DNA of 64,000 bases, taken from assembly GCA_037141455.1 (NCBI GenBank), contig JBAXCN010000008.1:2232-66231 (forward strand). The letters are read 5' to 3'. Source of the stretch: Bacteroidota bacterium. GTDB lineage: Bacteria > Bacteroidota > Bacteroidia > UKL13-3. The notes beneath the pieces were generated by a model. It searched no databases. It worked only from the letters and a program-made list of their open reading frames with translations, and was not told the origin of the DNA. Positions 49,531-59,014 of the stretch are shown in pieces. The translations under genes and the position numbers were made by a program. Every line of letters begins with the position of its first letter. Positions within the stretch are counted from its first letter, which is position 1.

Positions 49531-50388
49531 ATGAAAAATAGTATAAAAAAAATTATTCCAGTTTCATGGGTTCAAATGGGTGGACACCCATTGAGGCAAC
49601 CACTTCCAAATAATTATGTCGAAAATATTGGTCCATTATTATTAATACACCACCACCAATCTATTATAAAAGAAAGTTCAAAACAAAACGAAGTAGGAGT
49701 GGGGCCACATCCGCATACTGGTTTTGCTCCTGTAACTTTTATTTATAAAGGCAATGTAAACCATCGAGATTCAAGAGGAAATAATTCAGTTGTAGAAGCA
49801 GGCGGTATTCAATGGATGAATTCTGGAATGGGAATAGTTCATAGCGAAAGGCCATCTGTTGAATTTGCTGCAAATGGAAGTGAACAAGAAATTATTCAAA
49901 TTTGGATTAATTCTCCAGCAAAATTTAAAAAAAATCAACCTGAATATTTTGCTATAAATAAAGAAGAAATTAAAGTATTGAGTTTTGAAAATTTGGAAAT
50001 AAAAGTAACTGTTGGCAATTACCAAAACTTAATAGGGTTTAATAAAGCACAGAGCGACATGGTAATTTTAGATATTGTTTCAAGTGGAAAATGCAAACAA
50101 GTATTTACTTTGAACAAAGGTTGGGAGCACGCTATTTACAATTTAGATAAAGACATTTTAGTTAACAACGAAACTGTAAAAGGCTCTGATTTAGTTATAA
50201 TAGATAATGATGCTACTGAGATAGAAATAGAATTTAACGAGCCAACTCGTTTATTGTTTTTTGATATGGAAGCTATAAACGAACCAATTGCTTCTTATGG
50301 TCCTTTTGTAATGAATACACAAACTGAAATAATGGAGGCTATGCGCAATTACCAAATGGGCAAAATGGGCATATTAATTGAGGAGTAA
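49531..50388 (+). CDS. pirin family protein
   Basis: Contains HPHTGFAPVTFIYKGNVNHRDSRGN...GGIQWMNSGMGIVHSE, the cupin metal-site pattern of pirins. Confidence 0.9.
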   Translation: MKNSIKKIIPVSWVQMGGHPLRQPLPNNYVENIGPLLLIHHHQSIIKESSKQNEVGVGPHPHTGFAPVTFIYKGNVNHRDSRGNNSVVEAGGIQWMNSGMGIVHSERPSVEFAANGSEQEIIQIWINSPAKFKKNQPEYFAINKEEIKVLSFENLEIKVTVGNYQNLIGFNKAQSDMVILDIVSSGKCKQVFTLNKGWEHAIYNLDKDILVNNETVKGSDLVIIDNDATEIEIEFNEPTRLLFFDMEAINEPIASYGPFVMNTQTEIMEAMRNYQMGKMGILIEE

Positions 50389-50454
50389 TGCTAAAATTGA
50401 TTGAATAATATTCTGTTTTAATAGTTCTACTCAATTATAATTTAAACTCAATTC

Positions 50455-52026
50455 TTAAAACGGAGCTTCTAAATCGTAATTATTTTTACTTGAGATGTCA
50501 TCATCTACATCGCTATCCCAGTTTATGCTTGAACTAACTGTAATAGTTCCATTGTTGCCACCATTTTCATTATAGTCAGGAATTGCGTAATTATCAAAAT
50601 CTGTTTTATCTGCAAATTTAGTGTATTTACCTATAAACCTTAATCTAACATTGTTTAGTTCACCATTCCTGTGTTTAGCCACCATTATTTCTGCTTCATC
50701 TTGTGTAGGTGTTCCATCATCATCCCACTCTGTTAACTTATAATACTGTGGCCTATAAATAAACATTACCATATCCGCATCTTGCTCAATAGAACCCGAC
50801 TCACGTAAATCGGAAAGTATAGGTCTGCCAGAACCTGTTCCTGGTCCTGTTCCACCGCGCTTTTCACTCTGTCTGCTTAGCTGTGCCAATGCCAAAACTG
50901 GCACATCCAATTCTTTTGCAAGAGCTTTTAAACTGCGCGATATATAACTTACTTCTTGCTCACGGTTTCCATTTTTGTTATTGGCATCATCGCCTCTCAT
51001 TAATTGCAAATAATCAATAATTATCATTTGCACATTATTCTGTTGTTTTAACCTGCGGCATTTTGCCCTAAGTTCAAAAACCGAAATAGCTGGAGTATCA
51101 TCAATAAAAATTGGTGCATCGCTAAGTTTGGCTATCTTGGTATTTAATTGCTGCCATTCGTGGTCGAGTAAAGTGCCTTTTTTTAGTTTTTCCGATTCAA
51201 TTTCTGCTTCAGCGCTTATCATACGTGTTACCAATTGTTTTGAACTCATTTCGAGCGAAAAAATGGCAACTGCCCTTGGTGTTTCAGTATTTTGTAAACA
51301 AGCATTACGAGCTACGCTTAACACAAAAGCTGTTTTTCCCATACCCGGACGTGCAGCAATTATTATTAAATCCGATTTTTGAAAACCCGAAGTAATTCTA
51401 TCTAGTTTCGAAAACCCTGATGGAATTCCAGTTAATCCACCTTCTTTTCCTCTAAGGCTTTCAATTTCAATAATGGCTTCATTTACTACTCCTCTAATAT
51501 TTCTATAATCTTTTTTTATGTTTCCTTGCGATACTTCAAATAATTTTCTTTCTGCACTATCAAGTAATTCAAATGCATCAGTTCCATCTTCATAAGCTTC
51601 GGTTCCTATTTCTCCACTTATTCTAATTAACTCGCGTTGTAAAAATTTTTGTGCAATAATACGTGCATGGTATTCAATATTAGCAGCCGAAGCTACTCTA
51701 TTGGTAAGCGAAGTAACGTAATAAGCACCTCCCGAAATATCTAATGTTCCATTCTTTTTTAATTCTTGACTTACAGTTAAAATATCAACAGCACTTCCAT
51801 TTTGCCATAAATTTAATATGGCTTCGTATATGTTTTTATGCTTGGGTTCATAAAAACTTTCTGCTTTTAATACTTCAGCAATTATGTTTATTGCATCTTT
51901 TTCTAAAAGCAAAGCTCCTAAAACTGCTTGTTCTAATTCGGGTGCTTGTGGTGGTATTTTTCCAGATTCAAATATTTGTGTATTTGTTAAAGTTCTTTTT
52001 TTTCTATTTGAAGCTATTTCGGGCAT
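50455..52026 (-). CDS. dnaB: replicative DNA helicase
   Basis: 523 aa with an N-terminal PPQAPELEQAVLGALL motif, Walker A (ARPGMGKTAF) and the LSDLRESGSIEQDAD motif. Confidence 0.95.
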   Translation of the reverse strand: MPEIASNRKKRTLTNTQIFESGKIPPQAPELEQAVLGALLLEKDAINIIAEVLKAESFYEPKHKNIYEAILNLWQNGSAVDILTVSQELKKNGTLDISGGAYYVTSLTNRVASAANIEYHARIIAQKFLQRELIRISGEIGTEAYEDGTDAFELLDSAERKLFEVSQGNIKKDYRNIRGVVNEAIIEIESLRGKEGGLTGIPSGFSKLDRITSGFQKSDLIIIAARPGMGKTAFVLSVARNACLQNTETPRAVAIFSLEMSSKQLVTRMISAEAEIESEKLKKGTLLDHEWQQLNTKIAKLSDAPIFIDDTPAISVFELRAKCRRLKQQNNVQMIIIDYLQLMRGDDANNKNGNREQEVSYISRSLKALAKELDVPVLALAQLSRQSEKRGGTGPGTGSGRPILSDLRESGSIEQDADMVMFIYRPQYYKLTEWDDDGTPTQDEAEIMVAKHRNGELNNVRLRFIGKYTKFADKTDFDNYAIPDYNENGGNNGTITVSSSINWDSDVDDDISSKNNYDLEAPF

Positions 52027-52368
52027 TAATTATTTATTTTTTACTTTGAATGGACACCAAAAATGTATGAAATTGTTGTAAGTTTCAAATAAAAAAATGA
52101 TATACACATACTTTTTTTATATGTTAAGCCATTGTTTATAACCCATTAAATTTTAATATAAATATTTGATAATGATGCATTTTTTGTTAACAATTGTTAA
52201 ACTGATTTTACATAAATCACTTGTGTTTATCAGCTATGTTTTCAATGTGGTAATAATTTCTTAACAATAAAAGTGAGCAACAAAATTTGATTTAAATTTA
52301 TTGTGAAACACCTTTAAAATTTATTATTAAAATAGTTTAATTAATATACTTTTACAAAAAATTTAACA

Positions 52369-52779
52369 ATGAAAATCAGAACTATTACAATCCTATCATT
52401 TATTCTTTTTTTATTTTCGTGCGAAAGTGATGAACAAAAATTAAATAAAGAAGTAAACGAATTTAAACAATTCTCCGATTCGTTATTAAACTACAATAAT
52501 TATTATGTAGAAGTATTGTATGGCGACACACAAATGATAGATATTGTTGATCCATCAAACCCTGAACTTAGATTTAACGACATTGCTGTTGTTCATCACT
52601 CAAATATTTTTGATACAACTACCGAATACTTTAAAAACTCAATGGCACCTTCTTTAAACAAATATTTGGCTTTGGAATTGAAGTTAGATACCATGCAAGC
52701 ATTGATGAATGAAAAGTTGTTAAAATCGTTTAAAGAAACTAAAACCAAAGTAAGAAATATAATGAAACCCATTAATTAA
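52369..52779 (+). CDS. hypothetical lipoprotein
   Basis: 136 aa with the lipobox LFLFSC followed by acidic residues (CESDEQ). Confidence 0.5.
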   Translation: MKIRTITILSFILFLFSCESDEQKLNKEVNEFKQFSDSLLNYNNYYVEVLYGDTQMIDIVDPSNPELRFNDIAVVHHSNIFDTTTEYFKNSMAPSLNKYLALELKLDTMQALMNEKLLKSFKETKTKVRNIMKPIN

Positions 52780-52792
52780 AAAACTTTAAACC

Positions 52793-52897
52793 ATGGACGA
52801 TTTAACATTAGTAATTGTAGTAATTAGCTGTATGATTCCAACTTTAGTAGTTGTGTTTTTTTATAGAAAAAAGAAAGAAAAAGAAAGTAATAAGTAA
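52793..52897 (+). CDS. possible 34-aa single-TM micro-protein
   Basis: An ATG-to-TAA ORF absent from the track encodes MDDLTLVIVVISCMIPTLVVVFFYRKKKEKESNK. It starts 13 nt after the lipoprotein gene. There is no independent support. Confidence 0.25.
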   Translation: MDDLTLVIVVISCMIPTLVVVFFYRKKKEKESNK

Positions 52898-52912
52898 ACA
52901 GAAACTTATTAT

Positions 52913-54694
52913 CTACATTTTTTCAGGAACATTTATTCCCAATAAACCAAAGCTCGATTTAATAATGTGAGCGGTTAAGTTTACTAACTGAATTCTAAAA
53001 TTTCGTTGGTGAATATTTTCTTCTTTTAACACTGAACATTCGTGGTAAAAATGATTAAATGCTTTGGCTAAGTCGAAAGTGTAATTACAAATTATTCCAG
53101 GGCTTAAATCTTTACCAGCCTCTGCAATTGCTTGAGGGTACAAGTATGATAAAAACAATAACTTGCGTTCGGGTTCGGTTATTTGGGTTTGGTTTAAATC
53201 AAAATCATTAAAATTTATTTCACCCACATTTCGCAATATCGATTTAATGCGCGCATGGGTATATTGAATAAAAGGGCCTGTGTTTCCTTGAAAATCTATC
53301 GACTCTTCAGGGTTAAACATCATTTTCTTTTTAGGGTCTACTTTTAACAAAAAATATTTTAAAGCACCCATGCCAATAGTTTCAAAAAGAGAGTTTAATT
53401 CTTGTTCAGCTAAACCTTCAGTTTTACCCAATGCTTTGGTAGTTTCAGCAGCGGTATTAATCATTTCATCAATTAAGTCATCAGCATCTACCACTGTACC
53501 TTCACGGCTTTTCATTTTACCTTCAGGCAATTCCACCATGCCGTAGCTTAAATGATAAATTCCATTTGCAAAAGGTTTGTGTAAGTGTTTACAAATTAAT
53601 TGCAATACTTTAAAATGATAATCTTGCTCGTTTCCTACCACATAAATGGAACGTTCGCAATTAAAATCATGGTATTTAAGTTCAGCAGTTCCAATGTCTT
53701 GCGTTATGTAAACCGATGTTCCATCACCGCGTAATAAAAGTTTTTGGTCCAATCCATCATTGGTTAAATCAATCCAAACCGAACCATCGTCTTTCTTAAA
53801 AAACACACCCGAAGTCAATCCTTGCTGAACAATGTCTTTTCCTAAAATATAAGTATTCGATTCGTAGTAATATTTATCGAATTGAACGCCTAATTTTTTA
53901 TATGTAACTGCAAAACCATCGTATACCCAACCGTTCATTTTTTTCCAAACGTTAACAGTTTCTTCCTCATTGGCTTCCCATTTTTGTAATAAATGTTGCG
54001 CAGCAATAATAGAAGGTGCTTGCTTTTCGGCTTCTTCTTTTGTTAACCCTTCGTTTACTAAGGTTTCTATTTCTTTTTTGTATTGTTTATCGAAAATTAC
54101 ATAGTATTTCCCAACCAAATGATCGCCTTTTAAGCCTGTGCTTTCGGGTGTTTCGCCATTGCTAAATTGCATCCATGCATACATGCTTTTGCAAATATGT
54201 ATCCCTCTATCGTTTACCAAATTACAAGTAAACACCTCGTGCCCATTGGCTTTTAATATTTGTGCAACCGAATAGCCTAATAAATTATTGCGGATATGCC
54301 CTAAATGTAAAGGTTTGTTGGTGTTTGGCGAAGAATATTCAACCAAAATACGTTGCCCGCTTTTAGCAAATGTAAAACCAAAATCTTTGTTATTGAATGA
54401 ATTTGAAATAAAATTAAACCAAAACTGATTGCTTAATTTTATGTTTAAAAACCCTTTTATTACATTAAAACTTTCAATTTCTAAAATATTTTCTTTTAAA
54501 TATTCACCTATTTGTTGGGCAGTTTGTTCTGGAGTTTTTTTACTTTGTTTTAAAATAGAAAAAAACACATAAGTAAAATCGCCTTCAAATTCAGGCTTGG
54601 TGTTTTCAATTACTATTTGATTATCTAATAAATTTATTTGGTATAAATGCTTTAATGCAATTGCAATTTGGTGCTTTAGTAAGTTTTGTATCAT
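52913..54694 (-). CDS. argS: arginine--tRNA ligase
   Basis: 593 aa with a HIGH-type motif (PNTNKPLHLGHIRN). The C-terminal anticodon-binding region ends ...GINVPEKM, typical of ArgRS. Confidence 0.95.
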   Translation of the reverse strand: MIQNLLKHQIAIALKHLYQINLLDNQIVIENTKPEFEGDFTYVFFSILKQSKKTPEQTAQQIGEYLKENILEIESFNVIKGFLNIKLSNQFWFNFISNSFNNKDFGFTFAKSGQRILVEYSSPNTNKPLHLGHIRNNLLGYSVAQILKANGHEVFTCNLVNDRGIHICKSMYAWMQFSNGETPESTGLKGDHLVGKYYVIFDKQYKKEIETLVNEGLTKEEAEKQAPSIIAAQHLLQKWEANEEETVNVWKKMNGWVYDGFAVTYKKLGVQFDKYYYESNTYILGKDIVQQGLTSGVFFKKDDGSVWIDLTNDGLDQKLLLRGDGTSVYITQDIGTAELKYHDFNCERSIYVVGNEQDYHFKVLQLICKHLHKPFANGIYHLSYGMVELPEGKMKSREGTVVDADDLIDEMINTAAETTKALGKTEGLAEQELNSLFETIGMGALKYFLLKVDPKKKMMFNPEESIDFQGNTGPFIQYTHARIKSILRNVGEINFNDFDLNQTQITEPERKLLFLSYLYPQAIAEAGKDLSPGIICNYTFDLAKAFNHFYHECSVLKEENIHQRNFRIQLVNLTAHIIKSSFGLLGINVPEKM

Positions 54695-54767
54695 AATTAT
54701 ATCGAAATGCGAAAATATTTTAATAAAATGGTTTTTATATAATTTATTTTTTAATTCGAAATACCTA

Positions 54768-55037
54768 AGACCTGACAGGATTTAAAAACCTGTCAGGTCT
54801 TGTAAACAAAAAGCCCAGCTAGCGCAAGCGTCCGCTTGTGCTTTAAACTAGCAAGCGTCCGCTTGTAATTAGATGTTTGTAGCAAGCGGACGCTTGAATA
54901 TAAATAGCACAAGCGGACGCTTGCGCTAGCAAAGCAAACTGAAACAAAATCAATTGCCGTTTTCCCGAAAGCTTTCGGGATTAGCCAACGGAAAACCAGC
55001 AAAAAGACCTGCCAGGTTTTAAAAACCTGTCAGGTCT
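54768..55037. repeat. 270-bp hairpin-bounded GC-rich palindromic module (MITE-like element or structured RNA candidate)
   Basis: Two 33-bp hairpin copies (54768-54800 and 55005-55037, 31/33 identical) bracket the core. The core holds four copies of CAAGCG-nn-CGCTTG; copies at 54820-54842 and 54906-54928 are perfect reverse complements. A 16-bp perfect palindrome CCCGAAAGCTTTCGGG lies at 54964-54979. Confidence 0.7.
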
Positions 55038-55045
55038 AGTAACGC

Positions 55046-55080
55046 AAAAAGCCCAAGATTACTCTCGGGCTTTTTGGGTT
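55046..55080 (-). terminator. rho-independent terminator downstream of the 55112-56713 gene
   Basis: The stem AAAAAGCCC/GGGCTTTTT (55046-55054 / 55067-55075) has U-runs in both orientations. It lies 32 nt past the stop of the minus-strand lipoprotein gene. Confidence 0.7.
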
Positions 55081-55111
55081 TATTGATTTGCGAAGATATC
55101 TAAAGTCAAAA

Positions 55112-56713
55112 TTATTTACAGCCAGGTGATCCTGAAGGTAAAATCATTGATTCTGTAATATTTGTAGAGTTAATAGTTCTTGTGTATTCATACCATCTAC
55201 CATCATAATTAGTTCCAAAAGTATATGTTTTTCCAACTTGAAATCTCGTGGTTGTTAAATAACCATTGGACATATAGCCTAAATACTCCCACCAACCATT
55301 GTTTTCTTTAAAATAAACCCAAAATGTTGGTCTTAAAATTCTTTTATTTGGACAGTTACCTGAAATATTGAAGTTAATAACCACAGGAGTTGGGAAATTT
55401 ACCGTCATAGCAGTGTTTCCACCACATAAAGAAAATACGCTGCTTTGGCCTAATGATTGACCAACACCCCACCAACTATTAGTATTGTAAATGATTATTC
55501 TCCCACTTCTGCCTTGCTGTCTGTTTAAATTAATAAAATTACTTCCTGGACTTAAATAAGTATAACCCCAATCAATCCAACCGCCCCATTGATCTCTTAC
55601 CTCGTAATAAACATTATTGGCAGCATTTGAGTTTACAATTACATAGGGATTTGAACATGGATTCCAATTTCTCCACCACCACCAAGAAGACCAAAACCAA
55701 TCAATATTCCAACATGATAAGTGATCTATTTTCATAACTACTTCCAATTTATTTGAGATAGGATCTTTAACAATTTTCTCATAACCTTCTAGCGTCCACT
55801 CATTGGTTTCATCATCTTGACTCCAAATTGGAACAGAATCGCCTTCTTGGATTGCTGCTCCTGTAATTGGATTAACTGTCAATGGATTTACCTCAACTTC
55901 TGCAATAATTGGATTTGAGAATGTTTTTACTTTTTGCGAACCATTGGAAATCTCAGTGTGAATTAAGCCTAATGTTTGAAAAGATACAGGGTCTAAGTTA
56001 TTTCCATTTTTATCCTTAGCAATTGGTGCAAACATTCCTCCAGGAAAACTAATTAACGACTCCTTGTTTTTGTTGTCATAATGTGCAAATTCAATTTCAA
56101 TATTTCCAGTAACTGGTTGCCCATTTTCATCTTTCATAATGGTTCCTTGTGGAATTGTTAATTTTACATTTTCATCTTTTCCTGCTTTTGCAGGTGTAAT
56201 CATTTCAAGTAATGTTGGAACTTCACCATTACTATTTAAGGTTAAGCTATTGTTTACCATGGTTGAAACTCCTTCTGGAGCATCATTTAAACCAACCAAA
56301 CTAAAATTATAATTATAACTTCCCGTGTCGCTTACTACTATTTTATTGTACGAAGTGATAAAACCAGGAGCTGAAGCTGTTATTGAAAACTCAGCAGGAT
56401 TGGTGGCTGTAGGCGCACTAGTCGGGTTAACAATTAAATTGATTGCTCCGTTTTGAGTAGTAAAGTTTTTGGTACCTCCTGCTTCAAATATTCTATCTGC
56501 ATCTTTTCCTTTAATTTCAATTTTCAGGTTGTCAGGTGTTTGTGTTACCGATTTAGAATTGGCATTGGTAAACATAACCGCAATTGATGCAGTTGATCTA
56601 TTTGTGTTAATGGTAACTACCAATCCTTCAGTAGGGTTTTTACAAGCATTTGTAAAAAGTAAACTTACAACTATTGTTGAAAGCATTAAAAAATGTAAAT
56701 ATTTGTTTTTCAT
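55112..56713 (-). CDS. lipoprotein with Trp-cluster C-terminal domain (unknown function)
   Basis: 533 aa with the lipobox LLFTNAC. The N-terminal half is rich in beta-strand, Ig-like sequence. The C-terminal half is Trp/Cys-rich and includes CWNIDWFWSSWWWWRNWNPC (nt 55664-55711). Confidence 0.6.
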   Translation of the reverse strand: MKNKYLHFLMLSTIVVSLLFTNACKNPTEGLVVTINTNRSTASIAVMFTNANSKSVTQTPDNLKIEIKGKDADRIFEAGGTKNFTTQNGAINLIVNPTSAPTATNPAEFSITASAPGFITSYNKIVVSDTGSYNYNFSLVGLNDAPEGVSTMVNNSLTLNSNGEVPTLLEMITPAKAGKDENVKLTIPQGTIMKDENGQPVTGNIEIEFAHYDNKNKESLISFPGGMFAPIAKDKNGNNLDPVSFQTLGLIHTEISNGSQKVKTFSNPIIAEVEVNPLTVNPITGAAIQEGDSVPIWSQDDETNEWTLEGYEKIVKDPISNKLEVVMKIDHLSCWNIDWFWSSWWWWRNWNPCSNPYVIVNSNAANNVYYEVRDQWGGWIDWGYTYLSPGSNFINLNRQQGRSGRIIIYNTNSWWGVGQSLGQSSVFSLCGGNTAMTVNFPTPVVINFNISGNCPNKRILRPTFWVYFKENNGWWEYLGYMSNGYLTTTRFQVGKTYTFGTNYDGRWYEYTRTINSTNITESMILPSGSPGCK

Positions 56714-56718
56714 AATTT

Positions 56719-57438
56719 TTATTTTGATAATTTAAATGATAAGTTAAATAATATTTGAGGTAAAAATTGATAGCCTTTTAAGTTTTCTTTTAAAACAGCT
56801 TCGTTACTTGAACTTGGTTCAAGCAAGCCAGAACAAACAAATGAAATTTTAGGTGAACCAACATAATAAGTTCCAACTTCCACTCCAAAACCAAGCCTTT
56901 TTTTAGGTATTGCTCTTCCAAAACCAAAAGCCAAATAAGGAGCAATAGGATTAGTTTTAAATTCAGTTTTTATATCTCCAACTTTTTTAGGATCTAAATT
57001 AATTTCGCCTTGAACTACTGTATCTTTTAATACAGAGTTAGTAGTAATATTAGTAAGAATATAGGCTACTCCGCCAGTTAATCTAAAAGAATTTCCAAAT
57101 GGATGCCAATCAACATAAGCACCAATTGCACCTAAGTTAATTGATATATTAGATTTTAATTTAGTTCCCGAAAAATCAAAAATGTAATTATTTACTTTAA
57201 GAGGTAAATATGTAAATCCTATTTTAGCAACCCATTTATTAGTTGTATGAATAGATCGAGCTAATTGTAAACCCAATCCGTTGGACGAAGACTGAAGCCC
57301 AAATCCCCATTTACCGTATTTGGTAGATTTACTTTCAACTACCGAAGATTTAACTTTAGCAGTATCTGCTGGCAAAGAAGTAGAAAAAGCTACACGAGAG
57401 CCTAAGAGTAAAATAACAAGTAAAAGTTTTTGTTTCAT
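56719..57438 (-). CDS. outer-membrane beta-barrel protein (small, OmpW/OprF-N-like)
   Basis: 239 aa with a signal peptide. It shows alternating hydrophobic strands with aromatic girdle residues. The stop lies 5 nt before the start of the lipoprotein gene. Confidence 0.55.
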   Translation of the reverse strand: MKQKLLLVILLLGSRVAFSTSLPADTAKVKSSVVESKSTKYGKWGFGLQSSSNGLGLQLARSIHTTNKWVAKIGFTYLPLKVNNYIFDFSGTKLKSNISINLGAIGAYVDWHPFGNSFRLTGGVAYILTNITTNSVLKDTVVQGEINLDPKKVGDIKTEFKTNPIAPYLAFGFGRAIPKKRLGFGVEVGTYYVGSPKISFVCSGLLEPSSSNEAVLKENLKGYQFLPQILFNLSFKLSK

Positions 57439-57611
57439 AATTTATTTTTTAAGTTTTCAAAATTATATTAATTTTTAATAACAGACCATACCAAGAATTT
57501 GGTATTTTTTTGCAACGATTTTAATGAATTTATTTGTAAATTGTTTTAATTCAATATTAACTTTTTATTTTTTTTATTAAAATTATTAAATGGTTATTCA
57601 AAACAAATTAT

Positions 57612-57642
57612 TTTGTAATAAACCTTAGTATTGCTAAGTTTG
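57612..57642 (+). promoter_or_regulatory. Bacteroidota-type promoter candidate (-33 TTTG / -7 TAAGTTTG) predicting a leaderless mRNA
   Basis: TTTG at 57612-57615 and TAnnTTTG at 57635-57642 are separated by 19 nt. The motif ends 5 nt before the ATG at 57648. Confidence 0.5.
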
Positions 57643-57647
57643 CCCAC

Positions 57648-59009
57648 ATGTGGAAAAACAATGTGTTAGAAACTATTGGCAATACGCCTTTAGTAAAATT
57701 AAACAGAATAGTTAAAGATTTGCCTTGCATTGTTTTAGCTAAAATTGAAACAACGAATCCTGGCAATAGCATTAAGGATAGAATGGCGCTTAAAATGATT
57801 GAAGATGCCGAACGCGATGGTCGCTTAAAACCAGGTGGAACTATTATAGAGGGTACAAGTGGAAACACAGGAATGGGTTTGGCAATTGCTGCCGTTATAA
57901 AAGGATATAAATGTATATTTACTACCACCGACAAACAAAGTAAAGAAAAAGTAGATGCTTTAAAGGCATTTGGCGCAGAGGTAATTGTTTGTCCAACCGA
58001 TGTAGAACCTGAAGATCCTCGTTCTTATTACTCTGTTTCCAGTCGATTAATAAATGAAGTCCCTAATTCATGGAAACCCAATCAATACGATAATTTATCG
58101 AACTCATTAGCGCATTATGAGCAAACTGGACCTGAAATATGGGAACAAACAGAAGGTAAAATAACCCATTTGGTAGTAGGAGTGGGAACGGGTGGAACTA
58201 TTTGTGGTACAGGAAAATATTTAAAAGAACAAAACCCAAATATTAAAATTTTAGGTATTGATACGTATGGATCGGTATTTAAAAAATACAAGGAAACAGG
58301 CATTTTTGATAAAAATGAAATTTATCCATACATAACTGAAGGTATTGGAGAAGATTTTTTACCAGCCAATGTAAATTTTGATATAATCGATCATTTTGAA
58401 AAAGTAACCGATAAAGATGCTGCTATGATGACGAGAAGAATTCCAAGAGAAGAAGGAATTTTTGTTGGAAATTCGGCAGGTTCGGCTTTAGCGGGAATTA
58501 TGCAAATGAATGAAATGTTTAAAAAAGACGATGTTGTGGTGGTTATTTTTCACGACCATGGTACGCGTTATTTGGGCAAAATGTTTAACGATGATTGGAT
58601 GCGCGACAGGGGATTTTTGTTGAGTGATCAAACCAAAGCCATTAATTTAATAGAAACACATAAGCACCAAAAATTAGTAACCGCCAAAACAACAGATACG
58701 GTAGGTAATGCGGTGTTAACTATGAAAAAGTTTTTTATTTCTCAATTGCCTGTAACTAACGAAACAGGTGAATTTGTTGGTTCTTTAACCGATACCGCCT
58801 TATTTGGAATGTTAATGGAAAACCATGAACTGAAACAAAAAAATGTGAGTGAAGTAATGAGTCCAACTTTTCCTTTTGTAGATGCAAAAGCGAGTATGGA
58901 AGAAGTTTCGCGATTAATTACTAAAGACAATGCCGCAGTTTTAGTTAAAGATTTAATGAATCAAGTACACATTATTACTAAACAAGATTTAATAGAAGCA
59001 ATTAGTTAG
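57648..59009 (+). CDS. PLP-dependent cystathionine beta-synthase / cysteine synthase with C-terminal CBS pair
   Basis: 453 aa with the IGNTPLVKLN and NPGNSIKDRMA (PLP lysine) motifs and GTGGTI. The C-terminal ~130 aa have a CBS-domain pattern. Confidence 0.85.
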   Translation: MWKNNVLETIGNTPLVKLNRIVKDLPCIVLAKIETTNPGNSIKDRMALKMIEDAERDGRLKPGGTIIEGTSGNTGMGLAIAAVIKGYKCIFTTTDKQSKEKVDALKAFGAEVIVCPTDVEPEDPRSYYSVSSRLINEVPNSWKPNQYDNLSNSLAHYEQTGPEIWEQTEGKITHLVVGVGTGGTICGTGKYLKEQNPNIKILGIDTYGSVFKKYKETGIFDKNEIYPYITEGIGEDFLPANVNFDIIDHFEKVTDKDAAMMTRRIPREEGIFVGNSAGSALAGIMQMNEMFKKDDVVVVIFHDHGTRYLGKMFNDDWMRDRGFLLSDQTKAINLIETHKHQKLVTAKTTDTVGNAVLTMKKFFISQLPVTNETGEFVGSLTDTALFGMLMENHELKQKNVSEVMSPTFPFVDAKASMEEVSRLITKDNAAVLVKDLMNQVHIITKQDLIEAIS

Positions 59010-59014
59010 AGATG

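Noticed and set aside
52187-52200. Perfect 14-bp AT-rich palindrome TTAACAATTGTTAA upstream of dnaB
   Set aside because: It is composed almost entirely of A/T in ~30% GC DNA, so chance occurrence is plausible. It has no second copy or adjacent motif to support an operator call.
54820-54928. Possible miniature CRISPR-like array (four similar 17-23 bp repeats)
   Set aside because: The spacers between repeats are only about 5-14 bp and the repeats occur as inverted pairs forming a nested hairpin. No cas genes or leader are present, so this is not CRISPR architecture.
54793-55002. 69-aa minus-strand ORF in the argS-upstream spacer
   Set aside because: It reads straight through the four palindromic repeats (the repeated KRTLA/SVRL peptide reflects the DNA repeats). 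The non-coding module is the better explanation.
57608-57934. 108-aa minus-strand ORF overlapping the 5' end of the CBS-type gene
   Set aside because: It is antisense to the conserved PLP-binding region and spans the promoter, with no motif support.
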